A stretch of 64,000 nt of DNA, from assembly GCF_009914755.1 (NCBI RefSeq), contig NC_060928.1, one strand, 5' to 3'. The stretch's first letter is position 1; each line of letters opens with the position of its first letter. The position numbers were made by a program, and so were the translations under genes. Positions 24,910-39,279 of the stretch are shown here, piece by piece. The DNA comes from the human T2T-CHM13v2.0 reference genome, Homo sapiens. The notes under the pieces are model-generated. The model worked only from the letters and a program-made list of their open reading frames with translations, was not told the DNA's origin and did no database searches.

Positions 24910-27151
24910 AGATGCACAATTTTTAAGTGAACAGTTTTGTAGTACTAAGTACATTTACACTGTCATGAAACAGATCTCCAGTTTGTTTTCATTTTTCAAC
25001 ACTGAAACTCTATATACATGAAACACTAATTTCCCCTTTCTCTCTAGTTCTTGGTAATCACCTTTCTATTTTCTGTTTCTATGAAAGTGACTGTTTTAAT
25101 ACTTCATGTGAGTAGAATCATAATAATATTTGTGCTTTTGTAACTGGCTTATTTTGCTTAGCATAATGTCCTTGGGGTTCATCCATGTTGTAGCACGGGA
25201 CAGAATTTCCTTCTTTTTTAAGGTTGTATAATATACAATTATACGTATAAACCACATTTTGTTTAAGCTATTTATCTGTCAATGGACATTTGGGTTACTT
25301 CCACCTCCTGGTTGTTGTGAATAGTGTTACTATGATCATAGGTGTACACATATTTCTTCAAGGTGCTTCTTTCAATTCTTTTGGATATATAACCAGAAGT
25401 GGGATTGCTGCATCCTGTGGCCCCAGAGAATCTGATTCAATGGTCCTGAGGTAGATCTCAGGAGGGTGCACTTTAGGTCACTCTGAATGAACCATGTGGT
25501 TTGTGTTTCAGAGTTTGAAAAACACCAAGTTAGGGAAACCAGACATAGTAAATGTAGAGAAATTTAAGACAGTGTGTAAGTTCAGAGTAAGAGAATATTG
25601 GTAAAGACTATGATTGGGAGTAAGGCTCCATGAACTGAAGACTGTTGGAGATGTGGGTAAGAATGGATGAAGGCAGAAGGCTTCTAATCTGGAGGCCTAT
25701 CTGTGATTGGCCAAGTGTAAGGTAACCTCAGAACTGGTAATAGCAACAGAATATCCAGTAGGCTTGGGATTTCAAAATGACTAAAGTAACTGATAATGAC
25801 TTACACCAGCTGAAATATGAAAAGGTTAAACCCCAGAAAACACATCATTGCTGAACCTAAATTCACCACACAAGAAAAGAAGAAACATATTCCATAAAAT
25901 TCCCAAGGTTTGTCCGAAGTCAAGGTACATTTGTGACAGCCACTAATTTATTATCACTCATAACTGTTGAGAGTGATACCTAAGTAAGGCAGAAAAGTAG
26001 CAAGACAACACATATGTACATAGGGTGCGGGAGAGACCTATGTTATAGGCTTGCATTTATTTATTTATTTTTAGGCCAAATTGTAGAAGAAGCTCTGTTA
26101 GAAATTTGTGATCCAGTGACATCCACAAACATTTCCTCATCCCATTAGGAAATTATGGAAGCAGTTATACATACAATTAAGTCATAAAAATCAATTTACT
26201 GCTGTTAATGGCAGAACACAAGGCTATGTTCTTGCTTCATTAATGTTTATTATTTGCTTTCCAGTAATGGAATAGTTGCTTCCAAAGAGAGAGTACAGGT
26301 CAGACCATACTCTGTGTGCGATCACAAAAGCAAGGTAATGTTGGAATTCGAGATTTCCTGTGTGCAGATAATTGCATGATTCTAATAAAAATAATGTACA
26401 GGCTTGTTTTAGTCATTATACCAATGCCCTGCTTCACTCTGCTCTGCTGTAATGAGGGTTCAGAGCTTAATTCATATAGAAGGCTAGCTGCCTTTCTGCT
26501 AAATGGCTTGTTTTGCATTTCTTTTGTTTTCTGAGTAGTGTAATTTTTTACCACTCAACCCAGTGTCTACTCTTGAAAATAAGTCACTACTTAATTGGCA
26601 AGAGACAGTGCTAATGAATGGCTAAAAAAGAGTTTCCCTCAGGATAAGCCACAACCTAAAAGCAACCAAATAGTGTGTCCATTACTGTGGTGGTGATTAC
26701 AATGATGATGAGTTTAAGGGTACATCACCTTACAAATAAAGTGAATTAATGTCACTTTCATGTCACACGAGTAAGGTGATATATAATAAAATGGTAAAAC
26801 AATTCCAAATCCCACAACAATGACCAAGATATGTAACAAAAGAATACATTATAATGTTCTAGTGGGAGTCATTTCCCCTCAACATGTGATATTAGAACAC
26901 TTAAGACATTTTCATAGCTGTGTGATCTCAAGTGCATTTCTAGACAAAGCGTCCACACAGTCTCTAAAGAAATGGAAATTGGTGGCACATACATGCTCCA
27001 ACTGGGGCAAGGCTCATCACAAAGGAATTTGGCTGTTTGCATAATATTATGTGAAGAAAGGATACAATATAGCAAGGTGAAAGGTGGCAAAATTGGGGTT
27101 AAAAATCTATGAGATGCCCTATGGCTATAAGTTTCTAAGGAGTCATTCTTG

Positions 27152-27154
<3 letters not shown>

Positions 27155-27188
<34 letters not shown>
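27155..27188. repeat. (TG)17 microsatellite within an alternating purine-pyrimidine tract (27152-27214)
   Basis: Read directly. Confidence 0.95.
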
Positions 27189-27189
<1 letters not shown>

Positions 27190-27625
27190 ATGCATGTATG
27201 CACATGTGTACGTAGTATCTATCTAATATTTGCTTAACACCTAACAAAATGTTATATAGTTTAGAAAACAAAGATGGAAACTACTCTCTACCTATCCTTT
27301 TTCCCTCTTCCAGACAAGAAAGTTAGAGCTTCTAACTTATAAGTTCTCTCACATTTCACAGATATGAAATCTCACTATTATAAGATATTCCATTATTTTA
27401 AAAGGTTAGATATATGAACTGTATTACAGAAATGTACTCAGACAATCCACATAAAATCAAATATTCCAAAGTAATATTAAAATTGAACATAGTGTGTTTT
27501 GTGAGTCTAAGACAGTGAATCCAAACTCTGATAATACATCATAGGTTATTAAAAATGCAGTTGCCTGTGTTTACCACAGATCCACTAAAGCAGAGGCCCA
27601 TGCAGGATCTGGGCATTTTGATAGA

Positions 27626-28340
27626 AAGGCATATGTGGTTTTACTGTGCTTTTTTTTTTTTTTTTTACTGTACTTTGCAGATATTGCATTTTTTACACAC
27701 TGAAGGTTTATGATAACCCTGCATTGAGAAAGTCTGTGGTGCCATTTTCCTAACAACTTGGGTTCACTTTGTGTCTCTGTGTCACATTTTGGTGAGTACT
27801 GCAATATTTCATGAAAGGAAGAGTTAACTGATGTGGCAAACTTCATTGTTGTCTTATTTTCAGAAATTATCACAGCTTCCCCAACCTTTAGCAACAACTA
27901 TCCTGATAAGTCAACAGCCATCAACACTGAGGCAAGACTCTTCAGCAAAAATATTGCAACTTGCTGAAGACTCAGATGATGATGATGATATTTTAGCAAT
28001 ACAGTTTTTTTTTTTCTTTTTTCTTTTTGTAGAGATGGGTCATCCTATGTTGCCCAGGCTGGTCTCAAACTCTTGGACTCAAGATCCTCCTGGGTTGGCC
28101 TCCCATAATGCAAAGATTACAGGCATGAGTCACTGGGCCTGGCTATTTTAAAGTATTTTTTAGGTAAGGTATGTGCATTTAGACATAATGCTATCGTATA
28201 CTTAATAGACTATAGTACACTGTAAACATAACTTCTATATGTACTGGGAAACCAAACAATTTGTGTGACTCACTTTATTTTGATATTTGTTCTATTGTGA
28301 GACCAGAAATTAAACCCATAATATCTCTGAGGTTTGCCTG
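27626..28340 (+). mobile_element. Internally deleted Tigger1 with both termini
   Basis: 5' aaggcatatgtggttttactgtgc...gcagatattgcattttttac; 3' aatatctctgaggtttgcctg followed by TA. Confidence 0.8.
28005..28144 (-). mobile_element. Alu monomer (FLAM-like) inside Tigger1
   Basis: Poly-T, tagagatgggtcatcctatgttgcccaggctggtctcaaactc...gattacaggcatgag. Confidence 0.88.
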
Positions 28341-28494
28341 TATATGCTTCATCATTGATTTTTCTGCACAGCCAGAGAAGAATCCCTAGCATAAACTATT
28401 AGCTTTTTGGGTTTCTTTTTAGTGGATCTGATATTCTTCAACACCAATAAAACTTATACATTATAAAAAAAGGTTTTAAATTTTCAAAAAATTC

Positions 28495-28655
28495 TTAATT
28501 TTTTTGGATTGACAAATTATGATTGAATACATTTATGGGGTATAATATGATGTTTTGATATTTACAGATATACAATGTGGCATAATTAAATAGAGCTAAC
28601 TCACCTATCTATCACCTCACTTGTCTATCATTTTTTATGGTGACACATTTGAAAC
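28495..28655 (-). mobile_element. L1M 3' terminal fragment
   Basis: attgacaaattatgattgaatacatttatggggtataatatgatgttttgata...tcacctcac. Confidence 0.65.
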
Positions 28656-28974
28656 ATGAAAAAATGTTTTCGATATAAGAACAAATGAATAATTTATTTA
28701 AATTCTTTGGCAGAGTAAAATATGATTCAGAAGCTGTGAAATCTGTCCATAATAACACCTTTTACAAAATAAAACAAGGGAAAATAATTTAAAAGTAAAG
28801 AAAGAAAGCAGAGAGAGGGAGAGAGAGAATTTGGTATTCAGGTCATCAGATGAGGGCATTCTACTGATAATCACGCCAATAATGCTGAGTTATATAATAC
28901 ACTTTGTTTTTTAAGCCTACTATAATGCATATATCAGTTATCTAGAAACTTCATTTATAAATAAAGACTTTGTA

Positions 28975-29168
28975 TAATAATAGCAATGATAACTATCACT
29001 TACTGTATTTAAAAAATCCTCTCTGCAGTCCCATGAGGCAAGAACTTTGATGATCTCCATTTCTAAGAGGGAACTGAGACACAGGGACTAAAGAATTTGT
29101 GCCATGTCATACAGCAAGTGAACTGAGAAGCTAAGTGTGTTCTCTTAACCACTATACATACTGCCTCT
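28975..29168 (-). mobile_element. MIR fragment
   Basis: ctccatttctaagaggggaactgagacacag...ttgtgccatgtcatacagcaagtg...ttaaccactatacatactgcct. Confidence 0.7.
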
Positions 29169-29794
29169 TACCTATGAAGTAGACAGGAGGGATGAAGAAA
29201 AAAAGTAGAAAATAGGAAGGAAACTAGGAAAACAAGGAGAGATAAACACAAAGGCAGAAGAGGCTGGAAAAGGCCTTTGATGAAGCAGGCAAAGAAAGAG
29301 TATGAAATGTCCCTTATGCTGAGTCCTGCTTCCCTTGGTTACTGACTATTGTATGCCACACTATCCCTCTAGTGTTCAAGGTCCAAATGCAGCGTTTTAG
29401 CTACAACCCCCTATCTTTACAAAAATATAGCTTTATCATGTTTTAAAAATACTTTAAAAAATATGATTGTATCCTTCACAAAACCTGTCTGTGTCTGCCT
29501 GAGTCTCAGGCCACTCTGTTGCTTTTTAAATTCATCAGCAGAAACAGATCTATGTATGCTGGGAGCTGATTTATTGCAAGGAAAATATCTGAGATATCTT
29601 CCATTAACATTTAGATTTGAACAAAGATATTTTGTGACAATGCTCTAATTCAAGGCATTTTAGAGTTCATGCCTTAGAGTTCATGCTTAGAAGATACTCT
29701 CAGGTAGGTAGCAGGAAGACAGAGCTTGGGGCATTCCTAAGACCTTACCCATTAATTAAGTAGCAATTGTCAATTGTCTTCCTTTAAAGTGCAC

Positions 29795-29960
29795 TGCATT
29801 TGACCCTCCTACAATTCAATGAGGGTAACATATTCCTATTTTACAGGTAAAGAAACCAACTCAGATATATTAAAGAGACTGGGTTAGTAGGTAAAACGTA
29901 AAGACTGAACCCCAGGGGTTGAAACTATAAATATAGTGCCCTATTTTACCACTGCCTTCC
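29795..29960 (-). mobile_element. MIR fragment
   Basis: attcctattttacaggtaaagaaac...actgaaccccagg. Confidence 0.5.
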
Positions 29961-30650
29961 CAGGCATGGAGGTAACTCTGAAAGCCCAAGATTCAATCAG
30001 TTTAAGATCAAACATCAAGTTGTTACCAAAGAGGTAAAGCTGACAAGAAATATAGTGAGGAACAGCCTATCACTATAAAGTAGTGATGATGAATTTATTA
30101 ACTTTTTAAACTAAAACAAGTCTAAAAAATTATTTTCAGAATCAAGTAAAGTTTTTTAAATCAACTTTTCCAAGCTTGCTGACAAACACCAAAGGCACTG
30201 AAATCTGTCTGCAGCACACTAAAGCCAAACTATGATAGTTAGGTATCTACTTGTAGGCTGGTAGCAATGACATAGTATCAGGAATTTAGGTGATTATGTT
30301 GATAATCTTAGTAGGGTAATGTTGCAGCATTCTTTCAGTCTTTCCTGTATTCAAAATATATGTTGAAACATAAAAATTCCATTATAAAAACTGTGGGTGA
30401 AAATCCTCCCCATTATATGTCTTTGGGCCTGCATAGGATACTGTTTTTGATTTGAGTTGGCTGATAGAGGCCTAAATCAGACTTCTGTCCCCTCGGGATG
30501 GTCAATTTCATTATTTTCCAATATTTACTAGTTCACTCTTAAACTCTGCCAAGTATCATGGGCAAACATAATACTTATTGGAAGGACTGGCTGGATCCAT
30601 TGAGAAGATAGCAGCATAAATACATAACCACTAGGAGCAATGCTCCACAT

Positions 30651-30820
30651 CCCTGTTATCAAAGTGTTCCAGAAAATGGCAGCATTAGCATCACCTGAGA
30701 GTTTGTTAAAAAGGTAAAAGTTTCTATCCTGGATATACTGAATCAGAAACACAGCAATCTGTCATTTAAACAGCTGTCCATGTAATCTTGCTGTAGACTG
30801 AGGTTTGAGAACTTCTACTG
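30651..30820. mobile_element. MER5A-like hAT MITE
   Basis: tcaaagtgttcc...gcagcattagcatcacctgagagtttgttaaaa...tactgaatcagaaac...aggtttgagaac. Confidence 0.75.
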
Positions 30821-30866
30821 TAAGTCGATCACTAGAGAATATCAACTTCAAATTTAAAAGATATTA

Positions 30867-31228
30867 CAGGGTGAGTATCCCTTATCCAAAATGCTAAGGA
30901 CCAGAAATGTTTCAGATTTTGGATTTTTTCAGATTTTGCAGTATTTATACATACATAATAAGATATCTTGGGGATGAGACCCATGTCTAAACATGAAATT
31001 CATTTATGTTTTATACACATCTAAACACATAGCCTGAAGGTAATTTTATGAAATATTTTAAATAATTTTTAGCATAAGATAAAGTTTGGACTGTGTCTGA
31101 CTGCAACCCATCACATGAGGTCAGGTGCAGAATTTTCCACATGTGGCAATCAACGTTGGCACTCAAAACGTTTTGGATTTTGGAAGCATTTTAAATTTCA
31201 GATTTTTTGATTAGGGATGTTCAACTTG
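30867..31228. mobile_element. Tigger4b/Zombi-like TcMar MITE (~362 bp)
   Basis: TA-flanked TIRs cagggtgagtatcccttatcc ... ttagggatgttcaacttg. Confidence 0.8.
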
Positions 31229-31254
31229 TATTTTAAATTATAAAAATTGTGGTT

Positions 31255-31917
<663 letters not shown>

Positions 31918-31920
31918 CTA

Positions 31921-32058
<138 letters not shown>

Positions 32059-35000
32059 TTAATGAGTCACAGTTGATTTGACAAAACAATATGAAATGGG
32101 AAACTAAGAAAGAAAAATATCGGGGGCTTCTTTATCTGATTATATGTTTTTCAAAACACAACAAGGTTCTCAGAGCAATAAATAGAGTAGACTTTCTCTT
32201 TATAGAAATATCAACACTAGTATGCCCTGCCCTGTAACTCATTTGAAAAAAAATACATCTTTTTTTCCAGATATGAAGGCCAATCTACTATGCTGCAAAG
32301 TCACTGTGTACACTTAAGGCCACTTTTGGTTAGCAATTCTTATTGTCCTTTATGTATATGGGAGTTAAAACTACACCTGAAAAGAAATATGGAGAAGAAC
32401 TCACCAGGAGAAGATATAAGTCGAAAATATATCACAGAGCTCACTGTGTACTGTTAAATAATCAGTATGTACTTGTAACTGGCAACTAAAGAGAAGATGC
32501 AGGAATATTCAGATGAATCACTACTGAACAAGTATCAACTAGACATTCGACTTAAGAAGGGATGTGGTAAGAAAAACTAGATGGGGAAAGAAAACTTCAT
32601 ATTATACATATTGGTATAGAATTCAATAAGTTACACTTAGAAACAATTTATAGCTAGAATCTAGAGTAAAATATTTATTTCTGAAAATAACAGTTTTTTA
32701 AATAAAAATGTTTACTTGAAACATACTAAAAATAACTATCCTCATTTGGAAGTTTTCTTTAAAAGCACAAATAAACTAAAAAAAACTTTTTAAAAGTATA
32801 TATAATGGAATTTCTCCAACCACAGATCACTGATGAAACACACTGTATACTTATTGAAATGCAAAGTGTCCAAGAAAGAAACTTTTTCCCCATTTCTGTG
32901 ACAAATTTATACTTATTAAGTACAAACAACATGCAAAGAGGTATTAAAAGACAATATATACAACACAGTTACTTCTCTGAACAAAAAAGAAAATGAGGAA
33001 AAAAACTTTGCACTTAATCTTTTTTCTTTTCTATTACCATTCTTCTTTTTCTGTTTGTTTTGGGGGAAGATTGGATAGACAATGAGAAGGGATTCCAAGA
33101 AAAGACCTGTATGTTGCAATTTAAGCTTCAAATGGACCCTGGGTAATCCATCTGTACCTCAAACTCGACTTGAAATAAATATTTGGTTGGTAGTTGTGAG
33201 GTACAGAGAATTACTGAGCAATAATGGTGGTTCCACTGCCTAAAGCTTGAAGATTTCCTCAAGGAGTGATATGCACTCTGTGAATTCCAAGGTAGAGATG
33301 GACACAATTGTTTTAAAGAGTTTGCCAGCACTTCTGTCCCCTCCACTCTCACCATCCTTCTCCAACTTCTCTAGAGTTGACAGGCAATGAGACTCCAGTG
33401 AGAAATCGATGCTAATGTCCAGATTACATCCAATGTTCTTAGTGTGCACTTTCAGATCCTTTATCATCCGGCTACACTTCATTCATTCAACATGATTTCA
33501 TTCTCCTTCTGAGCCCTTGACCTGACTAATCTCTTTAAGGTCTTTTAAAAATGGCCTTCTCAGTGTCACCCTTGATACTACTTTTTCTGTTCCTTGAATC
33601 CTCAATATTTTTTCTCTACCTCTTTTCTAACAGAGAGTGGCTCTAAGTTATTTCCATCTTAGAGCTCTCCTTAGTTACCTACAGTTCTCGGTGGTCCCTT
33701 CTCACCCTGAATTTCAATGACTCTTTTATATACAATCTGTACTCTTCTGTCTAAATCAGTAAACTTTAATAATGTATGATTTCAATAACTTAGAATACAT
33801 GGCCAGAAGTACGAAATGTTAACAATACCTCTCCTAAGCTTCCCTAAGATAGGGAAGTAAGTTACTATGTGAGGAAGAAATGAAAAGATCATTTAAAATA
33901 TAAATTATTACAAACCTCTTCTGGAGACTAAAATTCTAAGAGAATACCAGCATGCTCATTCTTATTTAGTTACAACCATCATTTGAGCAGTCAATGGGGT
34001 CCTTACCCCAAGAATATTGAAGCATATATCTAAATGCATGGACGTTAGGAAAGAATGTACGGTACAATGTGACCTCATAAATACAGACATATGGGGGGTA
34101 AAATAGAGAAGACCTTCTCTGTGGGAAATTAAACTTGCAAGAATCTAGGATTATCATACTACATGCCATCAATAGAAAAAGTAATGAGAGCTTGCCTTTT
34201 TTAGGGATAGCATATGTTTCTTACTTTGAAAAACCAATAAGAAAATCAAAATAGATAACACAAAGAGAAAAGAGAATTACTGACTGTTGGAAATGTATCC
34301 ATTGTAACACATTGGCATAAAAAGAACCTTAATATCATAAAAAAGAGACATAACAGCAACAAAGCAAAATAATTCTTCCATGAACCAAGATCTTGGTAGT
34401 TATCTTTTTTTTTTCTAGCAGCAACAAAATGCTAGAAATGTATTGCAAATAACATGTCCAGTTCCATAAGAGAAACAGAATATATTTGAATATTTCTTTT
34501 TGGTAAATTTTCTAGCCATCTTATCAAGTATAGTGACAGGGTGTTTACTTCTACCAGTTTTGGCTAGTATTCCAACAGACCAGACTAGAAAATGAAAAGT
34601 AAATATGGGAAAAAACAAACAAGTTGGGACTTGAAAAATGATAATTAAAAAAAAAACAATAAACAGCTTCCATAATGCTTTGTATTATCTATTATGTTGT
34701 TTCGTATACATACTATGTTTTTTCTTATTTGTAATGGACCTCGTATATTTATTAAAATAAAATTATGTAAAAGCCTGAAGCTCTGGTATTCCACATAATG
34801 AAGAAAGAGTCCTGCTCTTTATCAAAATTAAAATAACAAAGCTTTTCCTCCATAAACACTGATATTACATTTTGAAAGATAAAATTAATCAGTAAAAATA
34901 TATGGGACTATAATGGCAGATCATAATGAATAAACATCAAAACAGGTCATTCATTATTAAAACATGCCTTTACTCCTAATACTTAAAATATATCTGGCAG

Positions 35001-35494
35001 CTCATCTGAAAGAAACGTAGAACACCACATCTCCTTTTTTCTCAGATTACCATGAAGATTCGCTTGAACTTGAGAAAAGAAAAAGAAAGAGAAAAAAGAA
35101 GTATATTCTCCCAAGTTTAGACACTCTGTTTTTCTGTACTTCTGAAATACTGAATTGCCTTAGAACTTAAGATGTTGCTTCTTTTAAAAGTTATTACTCT
35201 AACAGGTACCTTAACAATAACTTAATTGCTGATAGCACCATGCTGATGAAGTGGAAATTTTATTGCTGAGCTGTCACTGCTTCTTTGGGACCAGCTTGTT
35301 TTTAGAAATCAGTAACAATTTGAAAATCTATGTACTTTTATTTGGATGCTATTGCTTTTACTGACCTGATATTCAGTCCTCTACTCACTGATTCACTAAA
35401 CAACTCTCACTGAATATGCAAAGAATTATGTCATTGTTTCACACCAAGACAATTTTGAAAACTTATTGAACATCCTTTATAGCTCAATCAAGTT

Positions 35495-35690
35495 TCTATG
35501 GACTATTTCACTCAATCTTATAACAGTCCTGTGAAGAAGTGTTTATTATCCCATTTACAAAGAGGATAGTGACCTCACAGATTTAAAGTGACTTGCTCAA
35601 TATCATACAGCTGTTAAGAATCAGAGCCAAGATATAAATTCATATATTCTGATTCATAAAGTAAAATTTTTTCCACTACACATAGCCCTG
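35495..35690 (-). mobile_element. MIR fragment
   Basis: ttattatcccatttacaaagaggatagtgacctcacagatttaaagtgacttgctcaatatcatacagct. Confidence 0.7.
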
Positions 35691-36149
35691 CTCTCAAACT
35701 ATATGTGTCATAGCAGAGGAGATAAAACATTAAGCTCAAAAACAGACGAGATTTAAGGAGCTTGATTCCAACATTCTTGTAATCATCAAACATAGCTGCT
35801 GATGCTAATTTGAGCCTCAGACCTGATAACAAAGGCTTGTCTTATTCCTGATATCCTATCATCATCTTTACCAATTTCTGGCAATTATATCCCTGGGCCT
35901 AAGTTCCCATTTTTGTATCCTGCCTCATACCCCAAGTCTCTCATGAAGTGGGGTCCTGCTTTGCTCTACACAGGACTCGAGTCCTGTCTTTGAACCCAAT
36001 GTCTGGGACTTTCATGTTTCCTAAACAGATTCCCTTAGAGTTCATATTTCCTGTCTGATCTGTATGTTATTTGGAACTTGCTTGCTCCTACACCCTCCCT
36101 AGTCAACGCTATCATCATGCATAATTTGAACGATTGTTTTAGTCTAACT

Positions 36150-36700
36150 GGGTCCTTGCTTGCAGATTAACTATGCTTAAATCATCTTCTATACTTCTAC
36201 TGGAATCATTATTAAACAACATACACCCAGTTATGTCCCTCTCTTCTAAAAATGTTTCACCAGATCCCAAAATCTCTAAGGTGAAATCCAAATCCTTCAA
36301 AAAAACATAAAATCATTTCCTGCCTCATTAACTACTACTCACTCGAGTATACTTTAGCTTTATCAAACTTCTTGTTTTACTGTAATAGAAAAAATAGTTT
36401 CATGCCTCTGAGCCTTTCCATGTGCAGATCCCTCTGTCTGGAATGCCTTAATCTTCTTGCATGACAGTGAGCAAAGTCCCATTCATCCTTTAGGCAACCA
36501 TAAGTGTTAAGGCAATTATTGAACCTCTCTCCAGAGGCAGGTTTTTGTACTTCCTGTCTTGTGTTCCCACAGCACCTCATACATTCCTATGTTAAGATAC
36601 TTCCACCCTGAATGGTAAATAGTTATAGATACAAAAGCCTTAGCTCCTCCAGGGTCAGGACTTCCTACTTAATTTATGTATCTCTAGTATTTGCTTTGCC
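36150..36700 (+). mobile_element. L2 3' fragment
   Basis: aaatccaaatcctt...cctctgagcctttccatgtgcagatccctctgtctggaatgcc...agctcctccagggtcagggac-like. Confidence 0.6.
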
Positions 36701-38078
36701 CATCTCTGTGATAGCCCCACTACTTCCTGTTCAACCCTTAACTCCTGTTACAATATATTCTTTCTGTGTTAATTGTACTCTTTTCCAGGATACAGAGATC
36801 ATCTGAATCTCTAATTTACAGACCTAATCTAGGCCCTACCTTCGTTCAGTTTGCAGTTAATGGGTACAAGCTTATTAAAAAGTTAAAATATTATAAACAG
36901 AATGACAAGTTTGGAGGTATTAAATTCATCTAGGATTGGAGGGTAAAAAGATAATGTAAAAGATAATATTAAACATGAGAGAGACTTCAACCAAGAATAA
37001 CTGTCAGGTACTACTGAAAAAGGACAGGCAGCAGGAACTGAGGTCCTGCATTAGGCTGCCAGGGAGGCTTGGCACACCCTCCACTCCCAGTAACAGCTGG
37101 GGCAGAAAAGGGAGATGTGGTGAATCCTGGGAGCCATATGTACATCTTGGGAGATGTGTACATTAGGGACTCAGAAAAGCATTTGCATATAAAACAAAGA
37201 AATAGCATGTTTTTAGTCCTCTATTTGTTGTTGTTGCTCAGAGGAAAATAAATCAGAAATGAAGGGCATTAAAACAATTATCTAACCTCAACACACCGAA
37301 AGTCAGAAGACAAGACAGGCTTGGGGAGAGGTTATATTTTTGGAACTATACATGGGAAGTGGGTTGGATATTGGAAAATGGCAGAGAGAGGCATATGAAA
37401 ATTAATGAGTAAATAATTTATTCAGACTGAATATTGAAACAAAACATAAGTCTGGTTAGAAATACTATAATTTAAATTTATTTAGAGTTAATTTCTTCCT
37501 TAATTGTAAAGAAGCAGAAATTTCATCATATAAAAATTTCTAAATTATCAGAATTTTTGAGAGGAAACTGGCATGTTGAAGACATACAAAATAACTAAGG
37601 TGAAATATACACATAAATAGATGCTTCATAATTTTTAAACAATCTTTAAATCATAAATCATAAAGTATTATATGTGAAATATCCTGTGTTTCTTGAGCAT
37701 CTACTATTTACACAGCAGTTTTTGGCATCATATGAGGTTGTATGCAAACAATCAACTTTCTTTCAAATAAAAAAAGTACTCTTTGAATGTTGTAATCCTC
37801 TAATTAATGCTTACTAAATAATGTACTTTCTCAATCATCCTTTGAAGAAAAAAGTGTATGTCTTCTTGTTCTCCCATTAATATTTTCCCTTGAATTATTT
37901 CTAGATTATATAACCTTTTATGTCAACAAAATTAAATGCTTATAAAGGCACAATATCTAAAAATTAGTCAAATTGTTATTAGGATGAAGTTTTCCATTTT
38001 ATTTTCACTAGGAAGTGGGATTAGGAGCCAGAATTCAGAAGCCAGAAGACTATAGGTAGCATGAAGGAGGGGGCCCTA

Positions 38079-38192
<114 letters not shown>

Positions 38193-39010
38193 TTAGAAAG
38201 AAAAAAAAAGAGACTGAAGTGAGAACCTATTTTAAGCGACTATTCAAAACTAACAACATTTTACAGGATTAGGGGGAAAAAATTCATGCACTGTCATCTT
38301 TCCTGGAGACTGCCATTCCTAAATCCCAGGGAAAATACAGTTAGAAAATGATTAAATATTATCATGTGTGCAGGCTTCAGACAGATGCATAACTGTCCTA
38401 GAGAGATACTGGGTAGAAGAGAGAATACACTTGGGGAGGGATCAAATGAATGAGAGCACCTGTCTTGACCTGCTCACATGTTTCCAAGGACTGCTCAGGA
38501 TTCAGACTTGGCCACGGACATTGACTTAGAAGCCTAACAGAGCAGACATTTTCAGCAGAAGGAAACTTGGCAAAATAATAACAAGAGTTGGACCAATCTA
38601 CAGACATTTGGCAAATGAAACTGTGCAAATTAAATCCTAGTTAACTTCAAGAGTTTGGACCCAAATGTAGTGATTTTGATTCCTCAATGTTTCCAAACAA
38701 TTTTGGTACAAATTTTGGAGACTTACTCTGAATTATGTATTAAAATTGCTGTCTTTAAGAATCTGTTTATTCTTAAAGGCAGAAAGAGTATACTACTATT
38801 TGCCAAATGTTATAGTCAGCTTTTTTTTTTCTTTATAAGCCAGCTTTTAAAACATAATTTACATTTCTTCAAAGCGTGATTCAGAGCATTACTTATATAT
38901 TTATTTTTCCATCTCAGAGTACTATGAGAAAGATATATTTTTATTTTCTTGGGTACTTATCATTATGCAAGGGCTGATAACTCAGTCTTGGAATAAGGCT
39001 GTGTCTATAC

Positions 39011-39279
39011 CACTGTTTCCCAACCAATGCATCAAGACACATCAGTACTTTGAAAATAAGCACCAGGGAACAGTCTTCAATTTCCATGAATCGCCTTTGT
39101 GGATTTTAAGAAATGAAGATGGTCAGGAAAAGGAGACTGATTAATATATACAGTTAAGGATATACAACCCCAAACTCGATAAATATATTGGGTTAGAATG
39201 TATATGGGAGAGTGGTTTGGGGACAAAACCCAGCAAATTTAGAGGTGTGTCTCAGACTGAAAAAAGTTGGGAAACAATG
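39011..39279. mobile_element. hAT-Charlie-type MITE (~269 bp)
   Basis: 14-bp terminal inverted repeats CACTGTTTCCCAAC / GTTGGGAAACAATG (13/14 match). Confidence 0.65.
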